Source: the human T2T-CHM13v2.0 reference genome, Homo sapiens. Taken from it: a stretch of DNA of 64,000 nucleotides. Shown here one piece after another: positions 1-14,344 of the stretch. The notes under the pieces are model-generated. The model worked only from the letters and a program-made list of their open reading frames with translations, had not been told where the DNA came from and made no database searches. How positions within the stretch are numbered: the first letter of the stretch is position 1; each line of letters opens with the position of its first letter. The translations under genes were made by a program, and so were the position numbers. The stretch is from NCBI RefSeq assembly GCF_009914755.1, contig NC_060934.1; one strand, given 5' to 3'.

Positions 1-1959
1 CCTGGGAAGACTGTGGTCCTGAGTGGAGCAGGGGGGCACTCCTACAGGGGGCCTATAGCTGGTACCTCTCCTAGGCAGGAGTCCAGGACAGGGAATCCTG
101 GAGAAGCCAGCAGGTTTGAAGCCAGGAGACATCTGAGACCTTGTTGGGAGATCAGAGAAAGGATCTGTCAGAGGTGACAGGATGGGGCAGGCAGTGCCAG
201 GACAGATGATGGCTCAGCATGCAAACTGGACTGCTTTTGGGTGGCCACAGTTAGGGACCTGAGGAGCCAATGGGCTGGGGCACTGGCAGAGTGCAGGGAG
301 GATGAATTTCGGAGGATTCATGAGGCCAGACCCCGGGCCCATGGGAGGGCACTGGTGCCTTGGCAATCCTTCCCCTGGAGTGAATGAGGCTGACTCAGCT
401 TCTAGGAGCTGGGGGCTTCCTGGTCAGCACCACTGATGGCTTTATGGGCCAGAGTCCCTCCAGTCTTTGACAAAAGTGAAATTGCAGAACAGCAACTGAA
501 TCTGAGAAGAGACCAGATAAACTGAGGAGCTACAAACAAGGCTAGGAGGAGGAAAGCCAGGAGGCCACCATGGAAGAAACCTCATTTTCTCCCTGCCCTC
601 GCTGTTTCACTTCCTTTTGGATCCCAGTGTAGAGTGGGTGCTCTGGCCAGAGTCCTCATTTCTGCTTCTCCCCACCCACCCTCACCCCCACTATTCCTGC
701 TGGGAAGGGTCCCTTTGCCTTCTGCAAGCCTTATTTTAAAATGGCTACCTGCAAGGAACCTGCTGCCCCTTTGGTGGTAGCCCAGAAAGGCAAGCAGGTC
801 CTGTCTTAGAGCGGGGTGTGCACCCACACAGATACACAGCCCGCCCCTGCCAGCTCTGGATCCCTGCCAAAGACCCCATCTGTAATCAGAAAGGGACAAG
901 AAGCCTGGGGTCACAGCTCCAACCACCGGGTCATGCTTCCTTCCTTGGGTAGGGCGTCCCTGGTGTGCCCAGAGCTGCTGCTGAAGCAGAGGTGACAGAG
1001 GTTCCCACCACCTCCCCTCCCAGGCATCTGCTGTGGGCGTGGCTGCCCAGCCCGTCCTGGGCCATCTCTGTCCCCTGAAGAACCTGGCTCCCCTCCACCC
1101 CTGTCTTCCACGCAGCCACCAGCCTGGTCCTTTTCTCACACCTGATACACGAAGCACACTGAAAAGGCCACCTCACAGTGACACACTTTGATAGCTTGAG
1201 TTCTCAGCTCTCCTGGGAAAATTCATGCCTGAGTACACGTGGGCCCTGTAAGGCAATCCCAGACCCCTCTCCTGGGCTTTTGCTCAAACCTCCATCCCAC
1301 AGCCCTGCTTCAAAGTTACTCTTTGAGACTTTCTGTTTGCTCCCCGCAGCACCATCTGAACTGGAGGCAGAGGTGCTGTCCTCAGGAGAAAAACATACTG
1401 GGGTGTGCTGCTTCCAGCAGCCCCATGACTCCAGCTTAGTTTATCTTGGGCGTGAAACATTCCAAAGGAACGCAGTTCTCCCTGTGCCAGGGACCAGGAC
1501 TGCAGGAGAGGCCACGTGAGTGCTGGTACCTTTGTGGGTTCCTGTAGCACACTCCAGCCAGATTCCTGGACCCTGCTTCAAAGCAGCCCTGTCTTCCCCT
1601 TCCATCAGGACCTCCAAGTGCATACAACCAAAAGATAGTAAGCCCAGAAGCAGGTTGATGAGCTAGGCAGACCTCCAGTAAGTGAATCAGGATTTGAAAT
1701 TGCATAACACTCCTGAGAGCTGCCATGTGCTTTTAATTTCCCTGTTACGGTTAAAGCAGGAAAAGATATCCAGTGAGTCGATCCAATGAATTGCTGAAAG
1801 AATGCTCCAAAGCCAGGTCATGATGGCGTTTCCTGACATTCATTTTAATTGAATAGTTTAATGTTAGATGATTACAACCCTGTCACATTTACAGAAAATG
1901 AGTAGCCCGGGAGGTCTCCAGAGCTTGGCAAGGAGAAATAAATCTTTCGTTCCCACAGC

Positions 1960-2575
1960 AGCTGATCTGAGGGCAGGCCGGGGAAACTTACCCACACTGG
2001 GTTTGCCATAATATCCTGGTTTAGGCCCCAGGCTTCTGAGTGTACACCCATATTCATGGGGACAACTTGACCACGTGTAACCACAACAGAGAGTAAGAAC
2101 TAATCAGGCTCCTTAGTCAAGGGGGGTCTAGAAAACTCAGGGAAGGGACTGACCACTACCATCATCTGGCAAAGAGACTTCCGGTGGGAAGGGGTGGGGA
2201 CCAAGTGAGCCTCAGCTGTCTGGCAATTAACAAAAGAGGAAGGGAGGTGAGAACATCAGATCTATGAGGCCGAACCCCAGTAAAAAAAACCCTGGACACT
2301 GAGGCTCAGGTAACCTTCTCTGATTGACAGTATTTCATGAGTATTATTGAACATTGCTACTAGGAAAAGTTAGTCTGTCCATGAGTTTGTGGAGGAGGAC
2401 ATTAGCAAGCTTCATGTTTGGAACTCTTCTGGACTCTGCCCCATGTGCCCCATCCCTTGGCTGATTCTAATCTCCATCCTTTCACTGTAATAAACTATAA
2501 CTGTGAGTGTAACAGCCCATAACTTGTTCTGTGAATCCTTCTAGGGAACTGTCCAACCTGAGGATGATCTTGCAG
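1960..2575 (+). mobile_element. MER21-family LTR, partial
   Basis: 3' half matches recalled MER21 consensus (ggacactgaggctcaggt..., ctggactctgcccc, ctgtaataaactataactgtgagt...aacctgagg); 5' boundary approximate. Confidence 0.7.
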
Positions 2576-3269
2576 ATGATGGGCTTTTCTTATTGTGAGA
2601 GACATTTGGCTTCTTTCCTGCCCCTCCTCCTGGGAAAAAAAGTAGCACCAAACTCATACAGGGCAATATTTGAAAACAATGGATAAGTTGAACTTCATCA
2701 AAAAGGGATGGTTGTGGTTATCAAATCTTCCCACTACACTCATTTTAAATGAATAGATGCAGTAATTATTACATTTTTAGATTAGTATATTCATATCAGA
2801 CTCTCAGTCCACCAATAAAATGGGAGAGTAAACCACTATATGTAAAAAGGTGTTTATCATAATATTGTTCAGAATAGCACTGCCTTTCTCAAACTATGTG
2901 CCATGCGAGGAATGTCAGGCAGTGACTGATGATGAAATTCACAAGAGTTTGACACACATGAGAACTATGGATGCTTTACTATGAAGTAAAAAGCAAAGTA
3001 AAAGAAGAAAGTCAGGTCTTAAGTCAGTATACAGAGTATAAGTCTGAGTGGTTTTTTTTAAACAGGGTGACAGTGTTGATTAAGTTAGGGAATATGTGAG
3101 TCTACGAAGGTACAGGTGAAACTGTACAAGAGGAAGGTGTCAGCTACATCTTCAAGCAAAGACTGGTGGCCACTTTGAAGCCAATCTTCTTTGTGAAGTG
3201 CAGACTTGGTGGTTGGTTATGTAATGCAGGGTCAGTAGGCATCCTTGCCAGGCACCATCTTCTGTGTGT

Positions 3270-3660
3270 ATAGGGTGGTATTGGGCTGCTCTGGTGCCTG
3301 TCTCTAGAATCCTCTCAGCCTCACCTCTCATGCCAGCCTTTACTGCAGCAACTAGCTCTGTGCAGGCTTTGAGCTAACTGAAGAGCACCTCACTCCAGAC
3401 TTGCAAATTAACACCCCATAGGACACTCTTGACCAGTGGGACCTGGAGCCAGCAGATGATATTTCCCACTTTGTTCCTTGGGTGGACAGTTCTAAGACAC
3501 ATTCCATAGATTTCCCAGAAAGTCTGCAAAGTCAGGCAGTCAACTGCCTTTTGCAGTGGCCAACTCAATAGTGCATCTCTGAATGACTCTCCATCCTTCT
3601 GTACGGACAGGCTCTCCCTGTCCCACTCTGCTCCTTGCAATCTCATTCTCAAACTCACTC
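3270..3660 (+). mobile_element. LTR33/LTR16-like ancient ERVL LTR
   Basis: Motifs aattaacacccc...gggtggacagttctaagacacattcc resemble LTR33 consensus; highly diverged. Confidence 0.5.
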
Positions 3661-4471
3661 AACAGCATCTACTTAAAGTCATTTCTCCCCATGGAATGCA
3701 GGGCTCTGTGTACAAGGTGAATCAATTTACATAAGGAACGCAAGAGCCTACTGCGGAAGGAGGGTTCAGACTCCAATGCCTGCACCCTGAGCTCCAAGTG
3801 CAGGAAGTGTGGGAGTTTCTCGGCGTGGCAGATAGCAAAATACAGCAAGGGCTCCAACAGGGAATGCAAAGGAGAGAAAGGGGAAGCAGGGCTTGTAGGC
3901 CAGTCTCAGTGCAAGGGCACAGGACTCACATGGGGGAGAGCTGGTTCTGTAAAGCATTGTAAGCCATAACAACTGGGTCTCCTGGAGCACAACTTCAAAA
4001 GGTAATGTGCCTGCTGTCCACTAGAGTTGGGCCCTGTAGCAGAGACAGGAAGATCTCAGGACCAATCCACCCTGGTACAGTGATTGTGCATTAGGGACAA
4101 TAACTGACCAAGGAGGTGTCAAGTAAAGCTACCTTGAATGCGATTTTGGAAACCAAGCATGGGGCTCCACCATGGCCTGGGTAGGGAATGGACAGTGAGG
4201 CCATCGCAAGGAAGGGCAAGTAGGACTGGTCTCCAACCACAATGCCATGTTGCAGCAAGAGCCAGCATCATTCCTGCACTGACCACCAAACTTCCCAGCC
4301 CTGTCTTCCTAGCATTGATCTAGGACTAGTGGCATTTTGATTAAATAAGACCCAGCTGTTCTGATCCTTTGACGGCAGTGGGGATGCTCAAGATGGATGA
4401 GCTATTAGAGGAATCAAGAAGAAAACCAAAAAAATGATGTCACCATATTTGAACTTTAAGAATCAAAAACA

Positions 4472-4889
<418 letters not shown>

Positions 4890-5226
4890 TCATCTTCTTT
4901 TCTGAATCTCCCTCTTAAGAGAGAGGAAATATGTCTTCCCAAATACCTCTCCTTACCCAACTCCCCTCATCTCTTGTTGGTCAGATTGGGTTGTGTCTGC
5001 TCAGAAATGAGTCCCAGGCAGGTGTCATGGGATGGCATGACCAAACCTGATTACCTGGGAATTAGGGCTGCTCCTGGAGCCGGGGTAAGTCCTCTTCACT
5101 TTTGTAATGTTGGGGTCAAGGAAGAGGTAACAGCTGAACAGGTTTAAGGTGCTGTTAGGAAAGGGGGAAGGGGAAATGCTGGCAGATGCCCAAGAGGGTC
5201 TGCTGTACCCAATGACACCGAGCCCT

Positions 5227-5671
5227 GCATGCACTTCACGGGGCTGCCATAGCCCAGCACCACAAACTGGTGACTTACAATAACAGAAAGGTCTTCTCTC
5301 ACAGTTCTGGAAGCCAGGAGTCTGAAATGGCGGTGTCAGCAGAACCACATGCCTCTGGAGACCATAGGTGGGGATCTGTCCCTGCCCCTCCCAGGCTCCG
5401 CTGGCTCCTGGTATCCCTTGCCTTTCCTTGGCTTGTGGGTGCATCTCGCCAATCCCTGCCTCTGTTTTCACCAGCCCTCTCCCTGTGTGTCTGTGTCTCG
5501 GTGTCCAAATTTCCCTCTTTATAGGAACACCCATCATACTGGATTTAGTGGTAAATTAATGCAGTTTGACCTCATCTTGATTCCACCAGAAAAGACCCTA
5601 CATCTAAATAAAATCACATTCAGAGGCTCAAGTGGACATGAATTTGGTGGGGACCCTCTTCAACCCACTGT
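5227..5671 (-). mobile_element. MLT1B/C MaLR LTR
   Basis: ggctgccata...accacaaactgg...ctcacagttctgga...ttcaacccactgta pattern of a reversed MLT1. Confidence 0.8.
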
Positions 5672-6772
5672 AAACCCCAAGAGAAGGAAGGCACTCTGCG
5701 AACCACGCACCAGGAACAAGCCTGATGGGGAAGCTCTGTGTTCACCCATGGGAGGCCCTTCATCCACATCCGCCCCACCCACGTAGAGGGTGTGCAGGGC
5801 CCTTTCTCCCCACCCATTTCCTCCAGCCATCTTTCTGCTTTTGCCATCCATCGCCTGCCACTGAGACCTGTGCCTCCCACTAGCTGTGTTGGATGAAGTT
5901 CGTTTCAAGTTCCCCTTGATACTGATGCCCAGCCTTCTCATTCTGTCAGGCCACAGTGAGGTGAACTCCTCATCATCTAAAATTACATGAAGCACCCAAG
6001 GCTGTCTTTGGGTACGACCTAGCCAGGAAGTTCTTAGTTGTTCTTCTCGGCCACATTCTTCTGCCTCCTCCCAGCTCCAGCGTTGATTAGCAAGTGACTT
6101 AACTTCCTGTCTTGGTCTCCTCTGCAGAGGGAAGGTGTGTGCATTGTAAGAGACAATCAGGGCAAAGGCCTGTCAGAGCCTGCTGCATGGAGCCCACTCA
6201 ATCCTGTTAACCATGAGCTGTTAATGCTATTGTAGAGAGGAGTAAAAAAGCAGCCACAACTCACAAAAAGGGTGACAAGGCCTGGCTTAAACCCTCCTCT
6301 CTCAGGGAGAGCTGCACTTTCAATGAATAAAACCTTAAGCTGGTAGCATTTTCAATTGCGGCGGGGGTCAAGCAGAGGTGCCCACTTAGTGGCTGGGAAA
6401 AGGCAATTGGGGAACCCACCCTGGGTGGGGCCACAGAGACCACACAACACCCAACCATTCCAGCTTAGCATCTGTCTCATGAAACCATACCTTGGATGAT
6501 GTGAAACTGCTAAAACAAACTTTGCCCTTGCCAGAATGGCCCAGAAACTGGGGACAGACCTCACAGGGAGAGGGCTCAACAGTTCTAACACCTCACCTTA
6601 TGTTCTACCTGCTCCTCCCATAGTGGTTGGTAAGTGCCCCAGTGTGGTGCCTGACACTTAAAAGCTGGTGTAGTGGGTAGGAGCCCAGACATGAAAGATG
6701 GGAAGAAAAATAGCCCAGACAAGGATGCAGTCAGGGAGGGACTCTGAGTAAAGATCCAGCCAGAAATACAAG

Positions 6773-7292
6773 CATCATCACCATCATCATCACCATCACC
6801 ATCATAACCAGCATCTTTACCATCATCATCACCACCACCACCAGCAGCATCTTCATCGCCATCATCACCAGCGTCTTGACCATCATCACCACCACCACCA
6901 TCACCACCATCCTTACCATCATCACCACCACCAACACCAGCATCTTCACCATCATCACCACATTTACCATCATCATCACCATCATCACCAGCATCTTTAC
7001 CATCATCACCATCATCACTACCACCACCATCACCAGCATCCTTACCATCATCACCACCACCAACACCAGCATCTTCACCATCATCACCATCACCATCATC
7101 ACCACTATCTTTACCATCACCACCACCATCACCATTATCACCAGCATCTTTACCATCATCACCAGCATCTTTACCATTACCACCACCACCATTATCACCA
7201 TTAGTCTCACCATCACCATCATCACCACCATCTTTTCCATCATCACCATTATCACCATCATCATAATTACCATCATGATTATCATCATCATC
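6773..7292. repeat. Compound (CAC/CAT)n trinucleotide tandem repeat, ~520 bp, with higher-order units
   Basis: Visible directly; recurring ACCAGCATCTTTACC motif; 53-bp block repeated at 6908 and 7037. Confidence 0.97.
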
Positions 7293-7500
7293 TATTGATA
7301 TTAAACTTTTACTGGGGTTTAAGCACTGTGCTTTACAGCTATTATTTCATTTAATCCCCAAAGTAGCCCTGTAAGATCAGCACTATCATCCCCATTTTAC
7401 AGATTAGGAAACTAAGGCTCAGAGACTGTAAACCTTCCAAAGCCACCAGGGAGTAAGAGTGGTCCAGAACTCCAGACCATCCTGTAAACCATTATGCCTT
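7293..7500 (-). mobile_element. MIR SINE
   Basis: MIR core ccccattttacagattaggaaactaaggctcagaga. Confidence 0.8.
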
Positions 7501-8655
7501 ATTGTCTCCCCAAAATCAATCAGTAATAATAGAGGCAGATAAGTCAGGAGCTGAATGATTCCAGAAGATTCCAGAAGTGTCTGCAGCTCTTATCGGCTAT
7601 ATGTCAGTTTCCTACGGCATGGGTGGATTGGCTGGTGCAAAGCTCCTGTCTCTAGACAACAGCCACACAGAAGAGATATTACTCACATTTTGCATGCCTT
7701 CCAAGTAAAGCGAGGCTACTTTGAGGCCCATCTCAGCACCATGATGCATCCAAACCAAAGGAAAATGCAACTCCCAGAAGCCTTGCAAAGGAATGAAGGT
7801 CTTGACCGAATGTCTTTTCTCAAGGGGCAATGACATCATACAACTCTCAAGATTCCTTCACAATATTCTCTCTTTCCTCAAGTCTCACACCCTGCGGCAC
7901 TTTCCTCTCCACTCTCCCTTTGTCTCTCACTTTCTCTCTCCCCATACTCCCACCTCCAGTCCTCGGGCCCCACTGCCCCTTCCAGGCTCTGGCCTGCACC
8001 CTCCTGCCTTCCTCATCTTCCTCTTCCTCTGTGGGTAGCAATGAGTTCCCTCCTCTTGACTTTTTTCTCCATCATTCAGGATGCTTCCTCTCTCTCACCA
8101 AAGGGGGAACCCAGCATTCAAGTCCTGCAACAAAGGCTCCTCCCTGGAAGGCCGGGGTAGGGGGTTCTTACATCCCCCATCTCAATCAAATGAGGAAACT
8201 GAGGCTCAGAGAGGCCAACGACAGCTAGAAGGTGGCAAAGTTGGGACTTTTACAAATTCTAAACACACAGCAATTCCCCTTCCCAGGGATCAGCCTTCCT
8301 GACCAAGTAAAGGGGAGTCCAGGTGACCCTAATTTTCCTCTGATGTAACTCAGGCTTGGTTAGGGGAGGTGCTAATGTGGAGAAAGGAGCTGGACTTGGG
8401 TTCCAGCCCTGACTCCACCCCTCCCCAGTTGTGGGGTCTCAGGAAAGTTACAATTCCCCTTGAAGCTTCGAGTTCCCTTCAGGATCAGGAGAGCTGAAGA
8501 AGACAGCATTGACCCGGCAGCTCAGGGGGCTTCCCTCAGCGATGCTGAAAAATCTGCCTGACACTCTGCAACCTCGAGGACCCCCCACCCCAAATGTCCA
8601 TCAGCCAACAGGCATCCCCAGCTTTCAGTCTGTTAGAAAAACAAGACAACAAAAC

Positions 8656-8656
<1 letters not shown>

Positions 8657-8702
<46 letters not shown>
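8657..8702. repeat. (AC)23 microsatellite
   Basis: Perfect dinucleotide run. Confidence 0.98.
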
Positions 8703-8705
<3 letters not shown>

Positions 8706-9313
8706 AATTCTGGAGTTATGGAGAGAAGCTGTTTCCACTGGAATTTTATCTCTTTGTTCACTTCCAGGGACCAAAGACCCTTTCTTAAGCAAGAATGCCT
8801 TTTTTCAACAAAGTCTCTTGACAGTTCCTTGAAGCTCAAATTCACAATGAGCTTTCTCTTCTGAGCATCCTGACTGCTTGTCTGAGAAGGGAAACAAGAT
8901 TTTTGAAAGAAAAAAGCCCCAGGCAACTTTTATTTTTCTTTCAGGGCCCTGTTTTGAACATGGAGGTTTTGATCTTTCTAAAATCAAAGCCTTTAGAGAA
9001 GATGAGGGAAGGTTCAACCCCAACCCAAGGCAGGAGTGAAATGCCAATGTCCCCTGCACCCACAGTGACCAACTGTGGAAGTGCAAGAAACCCCAGTGTC
9101 TATTTCTGGTGCTAGAGCCTTGTGGGAAGCGTGGAAGCAGCTCTGTCTTCCTTCTGAATAGAATTAAGATTCCTTTGTTCCTAACTCAGAGGCATAAATA
9201 CAGGTACACCACCAAGAAAATGAGTTTCTAGAAAAAGCCAGTTCTTACAAGAGATTTCTCTCCCTCTTTCTGACTCTCTCTTTATGTATCTCCCACTCTC
9301 CCTCCCTTTCTCT

Positions 9314-9480
9314 CAGTGGTCAATGTTTCTAACACTTTTGTGTGCACACAATCACTAGGAGGTCTTTTTAAAACGTATGTTCTGATTCAGCAGGCCTGAG
9401 GAGGGGCCTGAGATCCTGACAATTCTGACAAGCTCCTGGATGATACTGAAGCTGCAATCTGGGATCACACTGAGTAGCAA
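9314..9480. mobile_element. MER5A-like hAT-Charlie MITE
   Basis: ttctgattcagcaggcctgaggaggggcctgaga...acaagctcctggatgatactga...cacactgagtagca. Confidence 0.7.
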
Positions 9481-10574
9481 GCACTCAGACAATGAAAGAC
9501 AGTTCCTTATATCATGAAGCCAGTGGTCTGGAGGTAGATAGGTGCAGTGCGGTCTGCAGCTCAACCATGTCAAGGGGTTTGGCCAGTGCCTGCAAATCTC
9601 CTGATCATGAGATGGCTTCAAAGAGCATGTCTGTTCCCTAAGAGAGGAGGAGAGTAGCTCTTTCCCCTTGTCTCTTTCTTTTTACTAGGAAGGGAACAAT
9701 TTTCCCAATAGTCTCCCAGGAGATGTCTTCATAGCTCATTGGCCTGCACTCTGTCATGTGACCTCCTGGAGCTGCAAGGGAGCCTGGGACACTGTGCACC
9801 TGGCCAAGGGGAACAGGGTCACTGTGACAGATGCCGTTAGCAAGCAAGAATGGTGAATGCCCGCTGGCTGCCCGGCTGGCCAGCGTCTACCGCAGCCATC
9901 TTGCAGATACTCAGGGCCACCCGTATACGCTCTGGTCTATGGTGAGCCAGTAGAAAGAGAGAGGGGTCATGCCAGGCTTTCAATGTAGAGTCGGTGATGG
10001 CAGTGGGAGGCAACACTTATCTGGAAATGCAGGTGGGACCCAGCCCAGGTGACTTTCACTGGGGGACATAGGTGACCCAGGGACACAGGTGGATCACAGC
10101 CCAGGTACTTCCATAGCCCACCCAGAGCTCCCACCCTGCCAAGCCCTCTGATCAGACAAACTAGAGCCGATACAAATGACACAGCCAGACTCACCCCTCT
10201 CCCTCCTCTGGAGGAGCAGACACATTATGTTCCTGGTATCCTGGATACCATGTCAGGGACATAAAGCCACGAGAAGTGTATCTGCAGAGCCAACTGTGAG
10301 CAGTGCCAATTAAACTTGTCCCTCAGACCCACAGAGCCGTAGTATTGGGAACCAAGGTATCATCTTTTCCAGAAGCAGTACTGCCCCTTGGTAGCAGGGT
10401 TACCATGGCAATGTTTTCTACCTGGGCCTGCTTCGGGTAAGGCTGGAAATAGGACTCACATATTTAAAGTAAACTAGAAAAGCGGCACCAAGCGGGGCCC
10501 AGCAGGTGGAAGGCAGGCAGGTTCAGGAAGTCCCCTCTTGCCATCCTGGTGGGTTTTGGCTTCTCGGTCATGCT

Positions 10575-10830
10575 GGTGGCTCTAAGCGAGGGGATGTGGA
10601 AAGAGGCCAGCTCTGGAGTTAGATGGGGCTGGATTCCCATCCTGTCTCTGTTACTGACCTGCTGCGTGGCCTTGGGCAAGTTGTTGAACTGCCTCAGCCT
10701 CAGTTTCTTCATCCTTAAAATAGGAGGAGAGAAAGGCACACGCCCTAATATACAGGGTCATTGGGATGATTGTAATGTCATGAGACTCTGCGTCTAAAGG
10801 GCTCAGCGGGGTGTCTGGTGCAGAAGTCAG
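10575..10830 (+). mobile_element. MIR SINE
   Basis: gtggccttgggcaagttgttgaactgcctcagcctcagtttcttcatc core. Confidence 0.8.
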
Positions 10831-11461
10831 TAGAGCACCAGCCCTGGGGATGGCATGGGGAGGCCGGGCCTAAGGAGAGGCTGTCTGGATGTGACTTTAT
10901 CAGGCCAGACAGGTAGACGCATGCTAAGTGGGAGCACAGAGGCCCAAGGCATCAGTCTGCCATGAGAATCCCTGTCCCAGAGCCTGGGCGCACCCCAGAT
11001 GTGCCTGATCAGGGCTCTCTGACAGCCAGGCCCAAGTGCAGGAACCCCATGGCTGGCTCTCCAGGAGAAGGCCCACGAGACCACATTGCTGAAGAGCTAG
11101 CACGTACTTCCTGTCCACACAGGCAGAGCTGGGTAGGGGCATCTGCAGGACTTGAAGTCATGGAATTAGAGCAAGGAGACTTAGAAGAAGAGAATACCTA
11201 ACGGCCCCACCCCACCATCGACATCCCTCAGTCCCAGAACCACAGTCATCGACACATCCTGGCTGTAAAGCTCCCTGAGCTCGAAGCAGCAGGACCACAA
11301 CCCCTCCCCTGCTGCCTGCACCCAGCTCACCCTGGGAGGCCTCAGTCCTGCCATCAGGGCAGGGAGGAGGCAAGGTCTGCAGCCTGATGCTTCTTCTTCC
11401 CTGAAAGCTGCTGCCTGCATTCACCTCCATGCCTCTTCTTTACCTACCCATGGGTGATGAG

Positions 11462-11620
11462 CCCTTGCTGTGATGTACACAGGACATCTGTGTCATTGTG
11501 ATGATGTACATGGGACATCTGTGTCCTTGTCATTTGCACAGGACATCTCTGTCATTGTGATGATGGGCACAGGACTCTGTGTCCTTGTGATGATGTGCAC
11601 GGGACATCTGTGCCCTTGTC
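11462..11620. repeat. ~30-bp minisatellite, about 5 copies, with palindromic units
   Basis: Units approximate CACAGGACATCTGTGTC(A/C)TTGTGATGATGT. Confidence 0.9.
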
Positions 11621-12006
11621 CCAGATCCACCCCAGAACCCACCTGGCAAGGGAGCGCCCAAGCCTGGGAATCACTCATCACTACCCAACAACTTTGCCCA
11701 TCTCTGATCTACACTCTGTGTGTGGGCCTTGGCTCCGGCTCTCAGTGAGCAGGCTTATTTCCCTCATTTCCAAGTTCTTGGGGGACGCCTCAACACCCAC
11801 CTAACAAGCATCCATAGATGGCAACAGCCTTTCTCTTTCGACTTCCAGCATTTTAAACCAACGCTGAGTTGTTGGAGTGGGTGGAAAACAGCACTTGCCT
11901 TTCTGGGACCATGGATTAGCTCAAGATTCCCACACCGGTGGGGCCCTCAAAGCCACAGGACAAGCCTGGTGCTTCTTCCTGGAGCATCTGTGTCTCCATG
12001 GTGAGG

Positions 12007-12796
<790 letters not shown>

Positions 12797-13376
12797 GTGA
12801 ATAATGTTAAAACATTGTTTTTATGTTTAACCAGTGTGGATATTCACGAGGTAGAACGTAAGACCCTCCCACCTGCAGCGGACGGCTGCCCTGTGGACCC
12901 CAGAGGACTTTCCCCCTCCTCTGCCTTTGGGGGTGCTTTGAAGAAGAGCTCAAAAGCTAGAGTATGAGGCCAGAAGAACTGGTTCTCTCGTTCACCTTGA
13001 GCAGGCCACCTACCTTCTCTGAACCGCATCTGAGATGCGGATGAAGCAGTGGAAACAGGCAAACCCAGAATCTGTAGGCACAATGGCTTGCACATGCAAG
13101 TGTGCTTAGATCCCTATGGGCATGCCAGGAGAAATTGTGAAAGAGCTTAAAATAGGTTAAAAAGATTGCTGGGTGTCCTATCTATGCACCCCTCCAGGGT
13201 TATCTGAATCTCTAAGGGCCTGCACCTTTCATTGTCTTTGAGGAATTGGACAATTTTGTAAGTTGCAGAAAACTTAGAGTAATGCAAATGGCTCTAGTCC
13301 ACAGAAGTGCAGATGGATTTTGTCTGGTAGAATGCAACTGCTATTGCTCTGTGGGTTTCGACCAGCTTTGGATCTA

Positions 13377-14344
13377 TAGTCATGCACGGCATAAAAACAT
13401 TTCAGTCAAGGATGTGTCAGAGGCATCTGAACCACAGTGACTCCATCTTGAACAGGGACTGGGTAAACCGAGGGTAAAATGACCTGCTGGGCTGCATTCC
13501 CAGGAGGTTAGGCATTCTTAACCTACGATGTCACAGGATGAGATAGGAGGTCAGCACAAGATACAGGTCACAAAGACCCCGCTAATGAAAACAGGATGTG
13601 GTAAAGAAGCCAACGAAAATCAAGATAGCAACAGAAATGACCTCTGGTCATCCTCACTGCTCATTATATGCTAATTATAATGCATTCGCATGCTAAAAGA
13701 CACTCCCACCAGCACCACGACAGTTTACAAATGCCATTGCCACATCTGGAAGTTACCCTAGATTACCTAAAAGTGGGAGGAACCCTCAGTTCCAGAAAAT
13801 CCCCACCGCTTTCCAAGAAAACTTGTGAATAATCCACCCCTTGTTTAACATATGATCAAGAAATAATTGTAAAAATAGCCAGCCAGCAGCCCTCAGGAGG
13901 GCTCTCACTATGGAGTAGCCATCTTTTTGTTTCCTTACTTCTCTATAAAGTTGCTTTCACTTTACCCTACGGACTAGTCCCAAATTTTCTTGTGTGAGAT
14001 CCAAGAACCCTCTCTTGGGGTCTGGATGGGAACCCCTGACGGACCACATATATGATGATGGTCCCATAAGATTATAATACCATATTTTTACCTTACCCTT
14101 TCTATATTTAGATATGTTTAGTTACACAAATACTTACTATTGTGTCACAATTGCCTGCACTGTTCAGTACAGTCACATGTTGTACAGCTGTGTAACCTAG
14201 GAGCAATCGACTCTACCATATGGCCATACCAGTAGACTATACCATCCAGGTTTTAGTAAGCGAACTCTGATGTTCACACTATGACAAAATTGCCTAACAA
14301 TGCATTTCTCAAAACATATCCCATAGTTAAGCAACGTATGACTG
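13377..14344 (-). mobile_element. Tigger3a (MER7A/Golem) MITE, split by MER41B
   Basis: TIR-like ends (tagtcatgc... / ...gtatgactg) with TA on both sides; body matches recalled Tigger3a. Confidence 0.85.
13415..14036 (+). mobile_element. MER41B solo LTR (ERV1)
   Basis: Starts TGTCAGAGGC; collinear with recalled MER41B consensus through ...gatccaagaaccctctcttggggtctggat; last ~10 bp missing. Confidence 0.9.

Noticed and set aside
582-1550. Overlapping 100-190 aa ORFs near the window start
   Set aside because: No recognisable homology or exon structure; expected by chance in GC-rich DNA
11462-11620. Palindromic ~30-bp repeats resembling a CRISPR array
   Set aside because: No unique spacers and no cas genes; human minisatellite
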